NCBI GenBank assembly: GCA_009103225.1
Contig: RHPI01002090.1
Span: 1,597,932 to 1,661,931, forward strand
Length of the DNA stretch: 64,000 nucleotides
Direction of reading: 5' to 3'
Source: Chlorokybus atmophyticus
Lineage: Eukaryota > Plantae > Mesostigma and Chlorokybus algae
Positions 46,667 to 60,512 of the stretch are shown here, in pieces. Numbering within the stretch: position 1 is the first letter of the stretch; the number at the start of each line of letters is the position of its first letter. A model generated the notes under the pieces. That model saw only the letters and a list, made by a program, of their open reading frames with translations, was not told where the DNA came from and ran no database searches. The translations under genes and the position numbers were made by a program.

Positions 46667-47856
46667 ATGGGTGCAGCGGAGGGCGAGGAGGGCGGGGACT
46701 TGCGTACAACGACGGCAGGCACAATCATCGACGGTGGTGTGCGCATGGGTGTGCTGCGCCGGACGCAGCAGACCAACACGCTGCTCGTCAAGTCAGAACT
46801 TGGCAAGGTGCGCATAAAACACTCAAGGTGTGGGACCTCCCAAGTTGTTACAAAACTTTCTAGTAGTGAGACACCACCACAACCTCTGTGTCCCGCACAG
46901 GTCAAGAGGTCCACATACAAGCTGCCGGGCCCTGACTATGCCTATGGTATTGTGCGTGTGAAGGATGCCGAGGGCGCAAAGGACGGTACGGTAGACTCTT
47001 GGGTTGCTTGTTGAATCAGAATTGACTGTTTCGGTTGGGTTGCTGTCTGTGCCATTCTCACCAACGTCTTCTTGCAGTGTGCAGCAACTGGGTTGAGCAC
47101 AGGGGAAATGCAGACACGAAGGCTGGGACGGACTTCAAGGCCATGAATAGGGCGTCTATCATCAGGTCAGGCATGGTTACAAGTGATTTGTATTGTATTG
47201 TTGCGCAGTTGGTGTCTATTATGCAAGCATCCTCGTTGACAACCAATCCCATCTGCAGTGGCAACATCACAGCGAAAGCACAGAAGGCGTTCAGGCAAGA
47301 GCATGACATCAGGCTGAAGAAGCGTTTGGGCAGTCCAACTAAGGTAGGGGGCGTTAGACTTGATGGTGTTACAGCTATGAGGCATCCCTGCCTTACTGCA
47401 TCAGCAACCTAAACCAACGAACTGTACAATTCTTGGATGTAGAGCGGTGTGAAGCCTCTGCCTTCAGACAAAGACCCCGACTTCACATACGGAAGGCGCA
47501 ATCTGCCCAAGTAAGAGTTTCACTTTGCCTACACCTCACATCCACATCCCAACAAAGTACTTGAAATATTGACAACCTGTTGCAAACACAGGGACTACCA
47601 GTCGCCCATAGCCAAGCTGGTTCAGGGTGAGTACGCCAGCGATTGGATCAAGATGAACGAGGAGAGGCAAGAGGAGTTGAACGCTCGTAGCGCCAAGATT
47701 GCACCAAACCCCACAAAGGCCTCAATGGGCCACGCCACTGTCGGCATCACGGTCCGACAGGACGCCTCGCCTCCGCACCGCTTTACCATGAAGCGGTTTC
47801 AAGCTGTCCCTTCCAAAATCGACAACAAGCAGACCACTCCGCTGAGGCGCGATTGA
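46667..47856 (+). CDS. CFAP77: Cilia- and flagella-associated protein 77-like (DUF4483)
   Basis: NTLLVKSELGK|VKRSTYKLPGPDYAYG, DFKAMNR, FTYG, PIAKLVQGEYASDW, FTMKRFQAVPSKID. Confidence 0.82.
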
Positions 47857-48180
47857 TAGGCGCGCCGTTCCTTGTGCAAGAGCTGTGCGAATGCCAGTAA
47901 ACACATGCGGCCGACCAGCGCACAAACCGCAGGGCTATTCTTTGCTGTTTTTGAGTTTGATTATCAACTGCTCACATAGCAGTGGTGAAAACCAACCCGT
48001 GCCTTATGTTTACTGGGGTAGCCCTAGCCATTAATATCGTAGCTCAGGCACAAACAACTCAGCCGACATGATTAGACTTCGTTTATAAGTATTGCTAGAC
48101 AATAACTGTGAATACATTCTTTCGGCCAGATGCCGGGTGACAGTTACTGCAGAATTGTACTGCAACCCATACACATGGCC

Positions 48181-51100
48181 TCAAGTGTGCTTCTTGCTGT
48201 CATGGGACTCAGTGCTCCGTACCATGTCATCGATCTGCTTGAACTGCCAAGGCCAGCGCGTGTTGTACAAAAATTGTCTCAAATCGTAGCGATGGTCTTC
48301 GGGCGAGTAGTTCTCTGCATGGTACGAGGGCGTGAGCGTGGTCATCTTGTGTCTGTTCTGCGCGTAGTACCGGAAGAAGTCCTTCACCTTCTGAGCAACA
48401 AGGGCGGGCGGGTACCTGTCGCGCCACTGGGCGCACAGCGTCATGAACATGGACACGGGCCCGCAGCGCGCGATCTTGCGCAGCCGCCCGTAGATGCCGA
48501 GCTCCTCGTAGGTCATGCCCATGTCCGCCTCGTCCGACTGCACGTAGTCCTCGCGGATGGGCTCCAGCTCCGCCGTTGGGACGGCCTCCACCACGGCCGC
48601 GAGCTCGGGGTAGCCCAGGTGCTCGGCACCCCAGCGCAGGAACCGCCTGAGGTCCTGCTTGCTGACGCCCCCGATGGGGTTCACGTCCGCGCTACTGCAG
48701 TCGTACTTGGTGAGGTAGCCGCGCAGGCCCTCATCCACGTTCGCGCTGCCCAGCACGAGCAAGTAGCCCTGCCGGCCACGCACCCAAGGCATCAGGCTCG
48801 CCAGCATGTACGCCGTCACCATGCGCAGCCGCGCCTGGATGTTCTGCAGCGCCAGGTTCTCTGCATGGCTTCCTCCATCCACCTGACAGATATAAAACAC
48901 GTTCACAGGGTGTGCAGCTGGTGCTGAGAGGTAATGATGATGATGTGCTTCTTGCCTTGTACTGTGGGCGTTTGCCTGTGATGCTCGTGAACAGCGACAC
49001 CATTGCAGAGATGATGCTGTCGATGACCGTGTTCATGTGCCAGGCGCCAACCTGCTCTGCCAGTCGTGTGGCTCGTTGGCGCGTAGCCGCCGAGCTGCAC
49101 CCAAGCAACAATGGCCACTTCAGCAAGGGATAGCGCAGTGTGTGGGTTTGTGCTTCACAACAACCGTACACATAAGCAATGTATGGCAACCAACCGATGG
49201 TCAAGTCAACAACTGAAAAGAAAAACGCACCTGTTCTCTGTACCCATGTACACTGTGGTAAATATACGGTTAGCAAACTCGCGGGCATCTTCTGGCTTTT
49301 CGTTGTCTGCGTACCCTCCAACACAGCGGGCATCAGCGAGCACCTGCTCGTTCCCCGCAGCAACCGCCTTCACCACCAGCTGGCACATGGCCCCGACGAT
49401 GGCGGCTGTCGACGAGCTGTCCGCGCCGCCTGACAGCGGCAGCAGGTAGCCGATGGCCTTTGATCGCCTCAGGTAGTCCCACAGCCAACACGCTGGACCA
49501 TAGGCTATCTCTTCCATTGGGTCGTGGTAACGCACCTGCACCACATAGTCACCACGTGCACATATCAGAACACCACCGTTGTCACACAGGCACAACCAGT
49601 CATTGCCATCCATGATTGGGACAGTATTTTCTGCTTGGTTCTGAATAACTTGTGCTATTATAGTCCGTTCATTCGTATGTGTACATGCCTCAATGGGTGT
49701 CGCTGCCGGCACCATGTTGATTATGTCATGATGGCGTTGGGTCAGGTAGTGAGGGACCTCGATGGTGTGCAAATGCTCTGCAGCGCTTGATTGCTCTCTC
49801 AGACTGCTGATGGCACCACGGAAGTTCGACACCTGATCATATGCATTCCTGGGCTGCTTGCCACGACAAGTTGCATACTGCAGAGTAGAATGCTAGTCTT
49901 ACTTGGTCCAAGTCAATTGTGGCTGTGACGACCTCCACATCTGCTAGCGAAAACTGAGAGCCTTGAGCCACAACATCTCCGTTCAACACGATGCAGGCGC
50001 AGCCATCTGCAGGCAAGAGAAAGTTGATCGGGTGCATGCTCTTGCAAGCAATGCAAGCAGGAACTCTTGACTTACCGTAATACAACCGTCCGCCATCGCA
50101 GCCCTGCTGGTTGGCATACAGGTAAACCCCTCCAGCTTTTGCTGTACAGCTCTGAATCAGGTCCAATCTGCATGCATTTGCAATACATGATTTGCTGATG
50201 CCATGCCTTGCAGAAACTTTCACACACTCATCGTACCTGTAGTTCAGCTTCCGCAGTTGATGGTGACTGCCGCTGCCATTGGTCATAATCTCAACGCCGT
50301 TGAGAGTCAAAGAGATGTTGGGAGAAGAAGGTGTGAACAGCTCTTCACAGGTCTCTGATGCCAATGACCTGCGCTCGATACAACGATCAGCCCCTCGGGT
50401 CGACAAGTGAAAGCTATGTGTGACTTGGCTGAATGGCACACGCATCACTACTTACGTGTCGCGGAACTGGAGGACAGCGTCACCAATGGGTGCAGACTCC
50501 TGCGTTGTGACTTCTGCCACAACCGGCAGCAGCCAGTGCTTCTCCACCTGTCGGCTGTGCTTCCACGACGCAAACCTATGAGGCAACATGTCGCCGTATG
50601 AGTGCATGTCAACCAGAGCAGCACTTCACTGATTGCTTTCTTCTTGCAATTGATGATTGACGCAGCATACCAGCGTGTCTCGCGATAATTTCCATCATTG
50701 GCAAGGTCCATTTTAGGGCGGATCAGCAGGATTTTCCTGTTGAGGCAGTATACGCGGCAGTTGTACCTCACCTACACTGAGCATCGCAATCTCAGAAAAC
50801 TAAGCAGCGCGCAAAACCGGTTCGAACATGACTGAGTGACCTCATCCATGCAGGCAGCAGTAGAGCTGCGCTTACTGAGGCGTGCTCGACCGGCATGCCA
50901 ATGTCACAAACAATGTCATCTGTTAAGTCGGTCTTCAATATCTCAGCCAGGCACTCCCAACTGCAATACACAGACACCAGATTGCCCGATGAGCCACAAC
51001 CAACACCAATACCATCACTTAACAAAGTCTCGTGTTCACATGAAGTTTGCGTACACTTACGAGTGCACAATGGTGTCGCGTTCGTGAAAGTGGTCCTCGC

Positions 51101-51254
51101 AACCATAGCCGCAAAGCTCAAGCTCCGGCCCAACCCTGTAAGACGCGCCTCGCCGCTTGGCCTCCTCTATGGAGGCTTTGACGCGGGCCAGGTTGCCCTC
51201 AAAGTCCATTGCCCATTGGTTCAAGTTGCAGGTTGCGAGCGTCACTTGCCTCAT
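48181..51254 (-). CDS. NADSYN1: Glutamine-dependent NAD+ synthetase, multi-exon
   Basis: [120 protein letters not shown]. Confidence 0.96.
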
Positions 51255-51767
51255 GCTGCTTTCAGCAAGCACGCTATACAACAGCACTGTAAGCAAGCAA
51301 TAGGTTGCGTCAACTTCACCCCCTGTAGCGAGTTGCACAACAACACCGCCTTGATTTTCAAGAGAGTTCGTCTTGGTAGCTGCATGCACGACTGATGTAG
51401 CTCTATGCCTAGGCTTCTTGCACTGTTCGAGGTGTGCAAGCAACGCGTGTCGATGGTGCAAGTGCATGTGCATGCGCTTCGACATGCAGATCATCCGCGG
51501 ACACATGCATGTGCGTGTATATGTGTATGCAGCGCCCGAACACAGAACAGATGGTGGTTTATTCCAAGGAGATGAAGACGTACGCATGTACACCCAAACA
51601 ACGTGAAAACGAAAGCACGTTGCCAATTGAAATCACTATCGGGATAACCAGCTGCTTGTCCCAAAATGTGTCCCTCACGCAGAACATGGCACTACTGCCT
51701 GCAATGGCGTCCCACCCTTCAGTCAATTACCTAAGAGGAGCAACTGACAGCACCGCCACCGCCACCG

Positions 51768-51798
<31 letters not shown>

Positions 51799-52666
51799 CG
51801 GCGCAGCCTCCACCCACCCAGAGTTATGCGCAATGCGAGTCTAGCAGCCTGTGCAGCTCTTGCAACTACGGCAGCGCTCCAGGACCAAACATTGATGATT
51901 AGTGGTCCTAGGACAGATGTCTGCCGGTTGAAATAAGGTCAGGTCCTGGGGTAGAGTAGAACAGAACAACTAGGGTAGAGTAGAACAGAACATCTGGATC
52001 CAGGATGAGGGCTTCAAGATGGATGAGAGCAAAGCTGACGTCATACAACAAAGAGGCGTTGGCGGCGGCGTTGGCGGCAAGGTCGCAAGGCGTAGGAGCA
52101 GCTTCGGACGGTTGAGGTCGCTTGTCTCAGTTGGGTAGCTTACTGCAGGGCGCGGCAAGCGAGAGCAAGAGGAGTTGGTATCAGGCAGCTAGCCGCCAGG
52201 GCCGCGTAACCTGGTAGGTCGACGCAAGTCGGCTTGGTGTGCTGTCTGTGCTTTTTGGTGTCAGTTGCTGCTGAGAACGAGAGTTTATAGTCTTGTGTCG
52301 TCACGCTTTGCTTTGTTGTGACCTTTTGTCGGTGTAGCGACCTTCCCGTCATGTTAGAAGCGACTATTAGTGTTGAGCGTTTGTGCTTGGGATTTACCAG
52401 GGTTGTCTTCTTTTTGTTTGAACGTTCAGCATGCATGTCGATGTTGAAAGCGATCATCAGTGTTGAGCGGTTTTGCTTCGCACAAGTTCTTGTTCCTGTC
52501 CGAGCATTCTGCATGCATGCCGAGGACTTTTTTGCTTTTTCCAAGCTTCATTATTGCACAGCTCTTTGTTGCTGCATGATGTCCACATGTAGCACCTGAC
52601 GCTAACTGGTTTTGCTCGGTACTGCAGCAGAAAGCCCAGAGTTCTCAAGGGCGTAGCGTTCAGCTG

Positions 52667-55600
52667 ATGCAGCAATCCCACTGGAGGCCAAGAGGGGCAC
52701 AGAGCAACGGACGGACTTCCAGCTTGGTCGAACAGACATGGGCAGGCAGTGATCAGCAGCCCCTGCCTGCGGGTAGTGCATCCACTGTGCAGCGCAACCA
52801 GCCCTTGGGACCGGCGCCCTTGCCGGAGGCGGCCCGGCCAGATGGAGGAGCTACATCTACCGGGTCGCATCGTGGAAGATGCCGACACGGCCGAAAGCGA
52901 AACACAGACCGCAACAGGGTATGTGCTAGGACATGGTTTGTGCCTTCACAGCGTGTCTTACAGCTTTGTGCTCACTAATTTGCAAAAGCAATCAGTCTAT
53001 TGGCAGTGGGCGATCATCTATCTGTTGTTGTGCCGCAGGGTAATCAGCCTGTGGCTGTGCCGGAGGTCTCAGAACAACAGTTGTATGAGGAGCTGCGTCA
53101 TGAGGCCCAGGCGACCATGGTGCAGACAGCCGGTGCAGATGCGCACAGAGCCAGGATGAGCGAGCGGCGCAAACCATCCAAGACAAATATTCCTGGCCTT
53201 GTACAGCAGTTGATGGACCGCATGGCATCGGATCAGACTGAGTGTATGATATGCATGGAGCGTGTGCGGCGCGCTGCAGCTGTCTGGTCTTGTGGCAAGT
53301 GCTACTCAATGTTCCATGTTCCTTGCGTGCGCAAATGGGCCAGGGCCTCCATCAACAACCAAGGCCAGGCCGAACAAGCTTCCTGGAGGTGCCCTGGTTG
53401 CCAGAGTGTGTGTAACGCACAACCCTCTGAGCTTCGCTACACATGCTTCTGCGGAAGGTACTGTTGAGCGTGCCTTGTCGTTTGCATCACAAGTCATTGG
53501 TCGAGAAGTTAATGCAATGCATTTTGCGAAATGACTGTGTACGTACTCAACTAGCTGGCTAACTGATCTTGTCGTGCAGGCTTGTTGATCCCCCTATGGA
53601 TCCATACTTGACACCTCATTCTTGCGGAGACTCATGCTCGCGCCCCAGAGCAAACAACTGTCCTCACCCCTGTACCTTGATGTGCCACCCCGGACCGTGC
53701 CCACCCTGCTCCGCTATGTCAGCTCCAAAGACATGTTTCTGTGGCCAGACCACCTACCAGCTGCGTTGCTCCGAAGCTGATGAAGGCCGAAGCTGTGGAG
53801 CTGTTTGCAATAAGGTGCTCGCCTGTGGTCGGCACCTGTGTCAGCGGGTCTGTCATGACGGCGATTGTGGCAGTTGCCAGCAGGTACTGGCAGCACGCTG
53901 TCATTGTGGCCGGACAGAAGAGGACATGCGATGCGACAGCCTGGAGTTTGCTGGAGCTTACAGAACCGAGGAGGGTGCGTTTTCATGTGGCGAAGTATGT
54001 GGAACGCCTCTGCACTGTGGTAACCACAGCTGCCGCAGAAAGTGTCATCGCGGGCCCTGTGGAGATTGCCAATTGCTTCCTGCTAATCTTCAAACATGTC
54101 CGTGCGGCAAGGTCTCCATGCGGTCGTTGACAGCAATGCCACGGAGAAGTTGTCTGGACCCAGTACCCACGTGCGGAAGTGTCTGCGACAAACTGCTTCC
54201 GTGCGGGTTGCATCACTGCCCAGTCCCTTGCCACACAGGGGAGTGCCCTCCATGCACAGCACAAGTTAAGGAGTTTTGTCAATGCAACAGCATGGCACGC
54301 AATGTAAGCTGTGCAGCAAAGCAGTCACGAAAGCAATCAACAGCAGCCTTTCTTTGCAACAAGAAATGCGGCCTGAAGAAGAGCTGTGGACGGCACCGCT
54401 GCACCGAGACTTGTTGTCCAGCTCATGCCGACAGTACAGACCCCTCAGGGATGCACGTCTGTCGCCTTACCTGTGGGAAGATGCTTCAGTGTGGCATACA
54501 CAAATGCGAGCAGCTATGCCACAGTGGTTACTGCCCTCCTTGTCTGCAAGCTAGCATGGAAGAGTTGAGCTGCGCTTGCGGTCGCACGGTGCTGCAGCCG
54601 CCAGTCCCTTGCGGCACAGCCCTTCCTCCCTGTCCATATCCCTGCATTATTCCACAGACTTGTGGTCATCGACCCAAGCATACATGCCATGAGGGAGACT
54701 GCCCGCCCTGCAACGAGTTGATATCTCGCCGGTGCCTTGGCGATCACATGACCTTGACATCTGTCCCCTGCGGGTCACAGTATCGCGCCACCTGCAGTCA
54801 GCCGTGTGGTCGGATTCGGCGCTGTGGGCAGCACACGTGTTTAAGGCCTTGCCACCAACCGCCATGCGAAGACTCAGAGTTGCCAGGATTGTCGTGTGGA
54901 CAGCAATGTGGCGCCCAACGCAGAACCTGCAACCATGCATGCAGGGCCACTTGCCATGCAGGTCAACCGTGCCCAGAAGTTGCCTGCCCAGTTCCTGTCA
55001 CCATCACTTGCGCTTGCGACCGCGTTACTGCAGATGTGCCTTGTGGCTCAGGCGCAGGGTCTGTGCTGACTCCAGTCGAAGTGGACCACATTACACGCAC
55101 AATCGCAGCTTTGCCTTTGCCACTGGGTTTTCAGATTGGTGCGCTAAGCACCCCTGCTGCATGTGCGGATGCAGTTGCATTGCACAAAATCCCTCCTCTA
55201 GGCCAGCAAAGCCTTGCGTGTGATGAAGAGTGTGCACGGAGGGAACGACAGAGGCAGCTTGCAGACGCGTTTGATGCGACTCTCCCTGTTGATGGGAACC
55301 CTGGGAAGACCGAGTTGCTGGAGGCCGTCCGTCGCAATCCGGAATGGGTCGCAGCATTGGAACATCGCTTCACAGCCTTGCTTTCGCTGTCTAGTGCTAC
55401 CATGCGCGTGCACGTCCTGCAGACGATGACCACAGAACAGCGAGCTGCAGTACACGAGCTGGCGAGCATGTGGAATGTGGTAACTAGCAGTCATGGAGTT
55501 GAGCCACATCGCTACATAGTGTTGTCTGCCACGCGGAAGTCCAGGCCTCCTACTCCCAAGTACCTGGTGCATTGGCCATCCGATGTCAAGCGGCCTCCTT

Positions 55601-56235
55601 ACGTCCCGGAGATTGACCGTGATCCAGCCAGCATCTTGGCATTCACCGACATCCCTCGTGATGCGGACGTGGCCAGCTCTCTTGTTCGCTTCGGCGGTGA
55701 GTGTGAGCTTGTTTGGGTGGACGACCGTAATGCCCTGGCCGTCTTTGACAACAGGGCACGCGCCTTGGCCGCTATGCGACTGCTCAGCCATTCAAGGCCA
55801 TACTCAGGAGTGGTTGCTGCTTTGCCTGCACAATCCCCAATTGCACCCTCTGTCACACCCAAAGCATCAGCCTCAAGTTGGATTGCGGCAGCTAGCAGTG
55901 GCAAGGGCAGACGGTCAAAGTCGACAACTGAGAGCTGGCGAGGGGACGCATGGGGCTCTAAAGAAGAAACCTTCAGGGTGGTTCCAGGTGCTGTTCCGCG
56001 ACCTGAGCCAGCCATCGTGCCACAGGGGACAATCTGGGATGCACTGGCAGACAGCACACCCTCCAGCACCAGCAAGGCTGCGAGAAAACAGGCCGCATCA
56101 GCCTCAAATACTGGTGGCCACGCTGATTTAAAGACTAGCCAAGGAACCGCTCCAGCACGCACTGCAGCCAGTAGCAAAGCTATTAATCTGCCAGTCAACA
56201 GTAACGATGATGACTGGGAGCATTTGCTAGACTAG
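52667..56235 (+). CDS. NFXL1: NF-X1-type zinc finger protein (RING/PHD-like, NF-X1 repeats, R3H); true start may lie in an upstream exon near 52020
   Basis: CMICMERVRRAAAVWSCGKCYSMFHVPCVRKWA, many CG.H.C...CH.G.C repeats, and R3H-like MTTEQRAAVHELASMWNVVTSSHGVEPHRYIV. Confidence 0.92.
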
Positions 56236-56268
56236 GGTGTGTCCTGACCGGAATAACAGTGGATGTAT

Positions 56269-56484
56269 ATATATATATATATGTGAACNNNNNNNNNNNN
56301 NNNNNNNNNNNNNNNNNNNNNNNNNNNNNNNNNNNNNNNNNNNNNNNNNNNNNNNNNNNNNNNNNNNNNNNNNNNNNNNNNNNNNNNNNNNNNNNNNNNN
56401 NNNNNNNNNNNNNNNNNNNNNNNNNNNNNNNNNNNNNNNNNNNNNNNNNNNNNNNNNNNNNTATATATATATATATATATATAT
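56269..56484. other. Assembly gap (N run 56288-56461) flanked on both sides by (AT)n
   Basis: Directly visible. Confidence 0.97.
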
Positions 56485-57298
56485 TCTGGTCAGGATGGTG
56501 CTTTGCAGTGCTGTTATGGCTGTAGTTGCTATTGCATCATGATTGCTGCCCGGATTTTGTGTTGCTGGATGTCTAAGTTGTAAGGATTAGCACATGATGC
56601 GATACAAGGGCTAGCAGTGGTGTGAGTGCTGCATCCTGCGGGCGGTGAGACGCTGCGCTCGTTGCCAACAGCCAATTATTGCAGTAAGGGTTTAGCCTCG
56701 CAAGACAATGCCGCAAGACGATGCTTTCTACCAAGTGCCCTTCTTCCTACTGATGTGCATCGATGATAACACCAATATAACACCCATCCCATACTGAATG
56801 GGCCTGAGCTTGACTTCGCTGTCATCAATATCGACTGAAGCCAGCACAGTTGGCCACCAAAAAAGTGCATTGCTTCAATGCCTTGACCATGTGCCTGCGT
56901 GCATTTTGCATGTTGCACAAGTCCAAATCCAACATACTATCTGTTGTAAGCACGACAACTGCAGTGAGTACACAGTACATGTGATATGCGACTGCCCATG
57001 CAAGTGTCCGTGCATACAAGCATGGTGTTTGGCGGGACTTGTGGCAGTATCAATAAACAAAGTCTACTGTATTGGAATGTATATGGATGTGTATCACAGC
57101 GCTTGGCGCGTTACCACACCAACACGCAGCAGCGCAGCTACACAGCATTATACAGCACGTAGTCAACAGAGCAAGCAAATGTACTGATTGTGTGAAAAGT
57201 GTGGCCACCTGAAACTGTAAGCGGTGTAGCTTGCATGAGGCCCACAACTTGTTGTAAATCATCAATCATGAGCATGATCGCCATCACGATAATGCCAA

Positions 57299-60200
57299 TC
57301 AATTGTACCACTGCGCCTTTTTGCGCCCAAAGTACTGTCTTTCTGGCTCTTTCTGCAGTGTGTGCTGCACAAGTTCTTGGTACTCCTGCTCCGCGCTTCG
57401 CGCATCTGTTATGCGGTTGTTAAGTATTGCAACACAGCCAAGCTTGCAATGTGCACCGGAGATGCCCAAGCATGGTGATATACTTACTCTCGAATGACTG
57501 CTTTGCATCCTCAGCCTGCAACCTTTTTCTCAATTCCAAAGCACGCATCTGAGCCATCAAGTCCGCTGCATTATCTTCCTCTACCTGCAAAACCACCATC
57601 GACAGGCTTGCATTAGTGCAGAAAAGACTGGTAGATGAGTCGCTGGCAGAAGCACTTCTGGCTGGGACGTAGCAAGCATGACGCATACCATCCTTGTGTT
57701 CTGACGTCGCTGTCTGTCCTCTTGCTGCGACTGCTGTGCATCGTTCTCGTAACGCAAGCGCTCCAGCCTCTGCGCTTCAGCGTCTTGTTGCCGCCTTTGC
57801 TCTGCAGCAAGAACAGGTGAGTGAGCCAGCACTGCCTGGGTTTGCAAGCGAAAGCAGCTGTCTTCGCAAAGCAGGACTGAAACATTCTACCAGGAAATAA
57901 GTGTTGCTGGTATGTTAACGCAAGCAATTAAGCATCTGGCTCAACACCTTTCAACGCGAGCTGTTCTTCTCGAGTTGTGCGCACTTGGTCCATCAGGCGC
58001 TGACGGGCTTGCTCCTCACGTGCCCATTGGTCCACACGCTTCTGCCACGCTCGGTCCGCTTCTGCTTGGATCTGTGCACATGCAACAGCTTGGTGGGAGT
58101 GCAAACACCACGTAAGTGCACACAGCGCACACAGTAGCAGCCAGGATGCAGACCTTGGCATCTCTCTCCGCTTCATCTGCCTCTTCCTTCTGCATCATCA
58201 TCCTGAGGTGCTCCCGGTATCTGCGGGTCTCAGCCTGCTGTTCTGCTCTATGCTGTGCTTCCCGCGCCTGAGTGAGTTGCATTGAGTACCCACCAGCATT
58301 GTCACTAACAACACTTCACTAGCAGCATGCAACATTCTGTAGCGAAGACAGCTTACTTGGTCTTGCCGCTCAGCTTCAAGAGCTGCTTCAACGAGCCTTT
58401 TGTCTTCTTCTCGCGCAAGTCGCTCTGTTTCTTCCCGCTGTGCTTTTGTTACCTACGCCCATTGGCATGCAGCATAAGCATCGTGGGTTGCTACTTGCGA
58501 TGTGTACTTAGAGCTGGGGCAGCTGGAGAGCGAACAGTTGTTGCACATGTAAACTCACTTGATTGTACTTCAGCATGTCATCTCCTATTCTGCGGTTGCG
58601 ACGCTTGATCTCCTCTGCAATCCTCTGGGCTTCAGAATCATCCTGCGCCCACTGCGACTTCAACGCAGCCGACTCCACCCGATTTTGCGCTGTCGCAGCT
58701 TGCTGAACACGCAGAAAGGCAATCATGTTTCAGAAAATACTGATTTGCAAGCGCAAGCGTTGAAGGTGTCTCCAAAGTTGCGAAACATTAAGGTGCATTA
58801 CAACCACGATACGTGGCCAGATGTGAACACAAGCATCACATATAGGTGACACCACTGCATTGTGCAAACCCCACCTGGCGTCGCTCAATGTCGATTAGCT
58901 GCTCGTTCAACACGCGCACTGCGGCCTCATCAAGCTCCCTGCGATGCTTCAAGTCTTCCAAGTACCTGTGTAAATCACGTGTGTCACGACCCATGCAGCT
59001 TTGAGGTGTCCCTTGCTTGCAGTACTGCTCGTGAGCAACAACCACACTGAATAATGTCACTAGGCATGATGTGCAGCAACCTCAGCAGCATTGTATGCTT
59101 CACCAACAATGCAATGGATGTGAAGCAACTTGGTCTACTATACGCCCACTGCATGTTGCGCTAGCATGCAATATTTGCAGAACGCACCGCTGTTCCATGC
59201 GAGCATGTTCCGCCTGCAGCATCTGCTCGTATATCTCATCTTGTGCGCGTTCCTGTTGCTTCGCCATCTGTTTCTCCGCCATCTGCAGCAGTCCACAGTG
59301 TGTAACTTGTCCTCGTTGTCAAGTTCATACAGACGCTAGCACTCGGTTGCGTTTGAGTCCCAAGATCACAAACCTGCTGCTGGCGCTGAGCAACTACACT
59401 TGTTCCCCGTCGCTTTGACTCGATCGTGCGGACGGGGTCGCAGCTCTCGCGGAACTGCCGCGACAGCTGCTCCTCAACAAACTGCATGCGCTCCGCCTCC
59501 TGTAGGACTTGTGTTCATGAGCAAGTTCCCAATCCATGACCAGCGTAAACACAAACACAGTGCTGTACAACCTACCCTCTTTGCATTGAGATGGCGCGCT
59601 CTCTGCTCAAGGCTTGCGCGACGCTGCTCCGGCGTCTCAGCCAGCAATGCAAGCTCTTGTCTAAGGGCCTCCTCTTCTTCTTCCAGTTGAGCCGCAAGGC
59701 GCAGCTTTCTTACTGCGAGAGCCTGGCACAACAATACCACATGAAGCAACCATGGCTGTGTGCCATGCATCCCCATGACACGCGCTGTTGTGCTGCACAG
59801 CTGTACATACCTCCTCGTGTGCACGTTGCTCTGCAGCTGTCCTGAAGCGCTGCGCGGCCTTCACCATGTGCTTTTCCGCAGCCACTTCAACTGCAACCTG
59901 TGGTGCACTCTCGCTATCAATATAAAAAAGTGGAACATGCCACACACCTAGGACGAAAGTAGTAATAATAAGTTTGGTGGCACGGAAACCAATCAATAAG
60001 GCTGAGCAGAAAGAAGAGAAAGCTTGGTGCAATGCACTGTGCATATCACAGATTTGGTGAACGCACCAACAAGGGTCACAAAAACATCAGCATCCTGGTT
60101 TGCTTAAATGGTGGAGTCACAATATCTAATGCTGACACCAAGGAGTGCTGACAGAAACACATGCAACTTTCGACAGAAGTAAACCAAACTCAGCTGCTTT

Positions 60201-60512
60201 ACATTTTCGGATGCGGCAACTGACGATTGGTTTGCTGTACTTCCACCGTATGCGCTGCTATGTGTAACTTGTATCATCTTGTATGATCTTTCTGTGAATT
60301 ATGGGTGCGCCATCTGCTCGGCAGTGTTGGATCTGCATTGCAATCAGGGGCTTTCTCACCTTGTAAGTCTGCGCCTGCTGCTGCCGGAGGTTCTCCACTG
60401 CGACAGCCTGCCGCTCCTCCTTGTCCCGGAGCTTGAGTATTCTGGCCTCTCCCGCCGGCCTCCGGGGCGGCGGGGGCGGCGGGGGCGGCGTCTTCCGCTC
60501 CCACCATGACAT
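57299..60512 (-). CDS. CFAP53: TPH-domain coiled-coil axonemal protein, CFAP53 (CCDC11)-like, multi-exon
   Basis: ARILKLRDKEERQ, LRLAAQLEEEEEALRQELALLAETPEQRRASLEQRARHL, QFVEEQLSRQFRESCDPVR, C-terminal YFGRKKAQWYN*. Confidence 0.75.

Noticed and set aside
48130-48927. 265-aa plus-strand ORF
   Set aside because: Antisense shadow of the GC3-rich NAD synthetase last exon.
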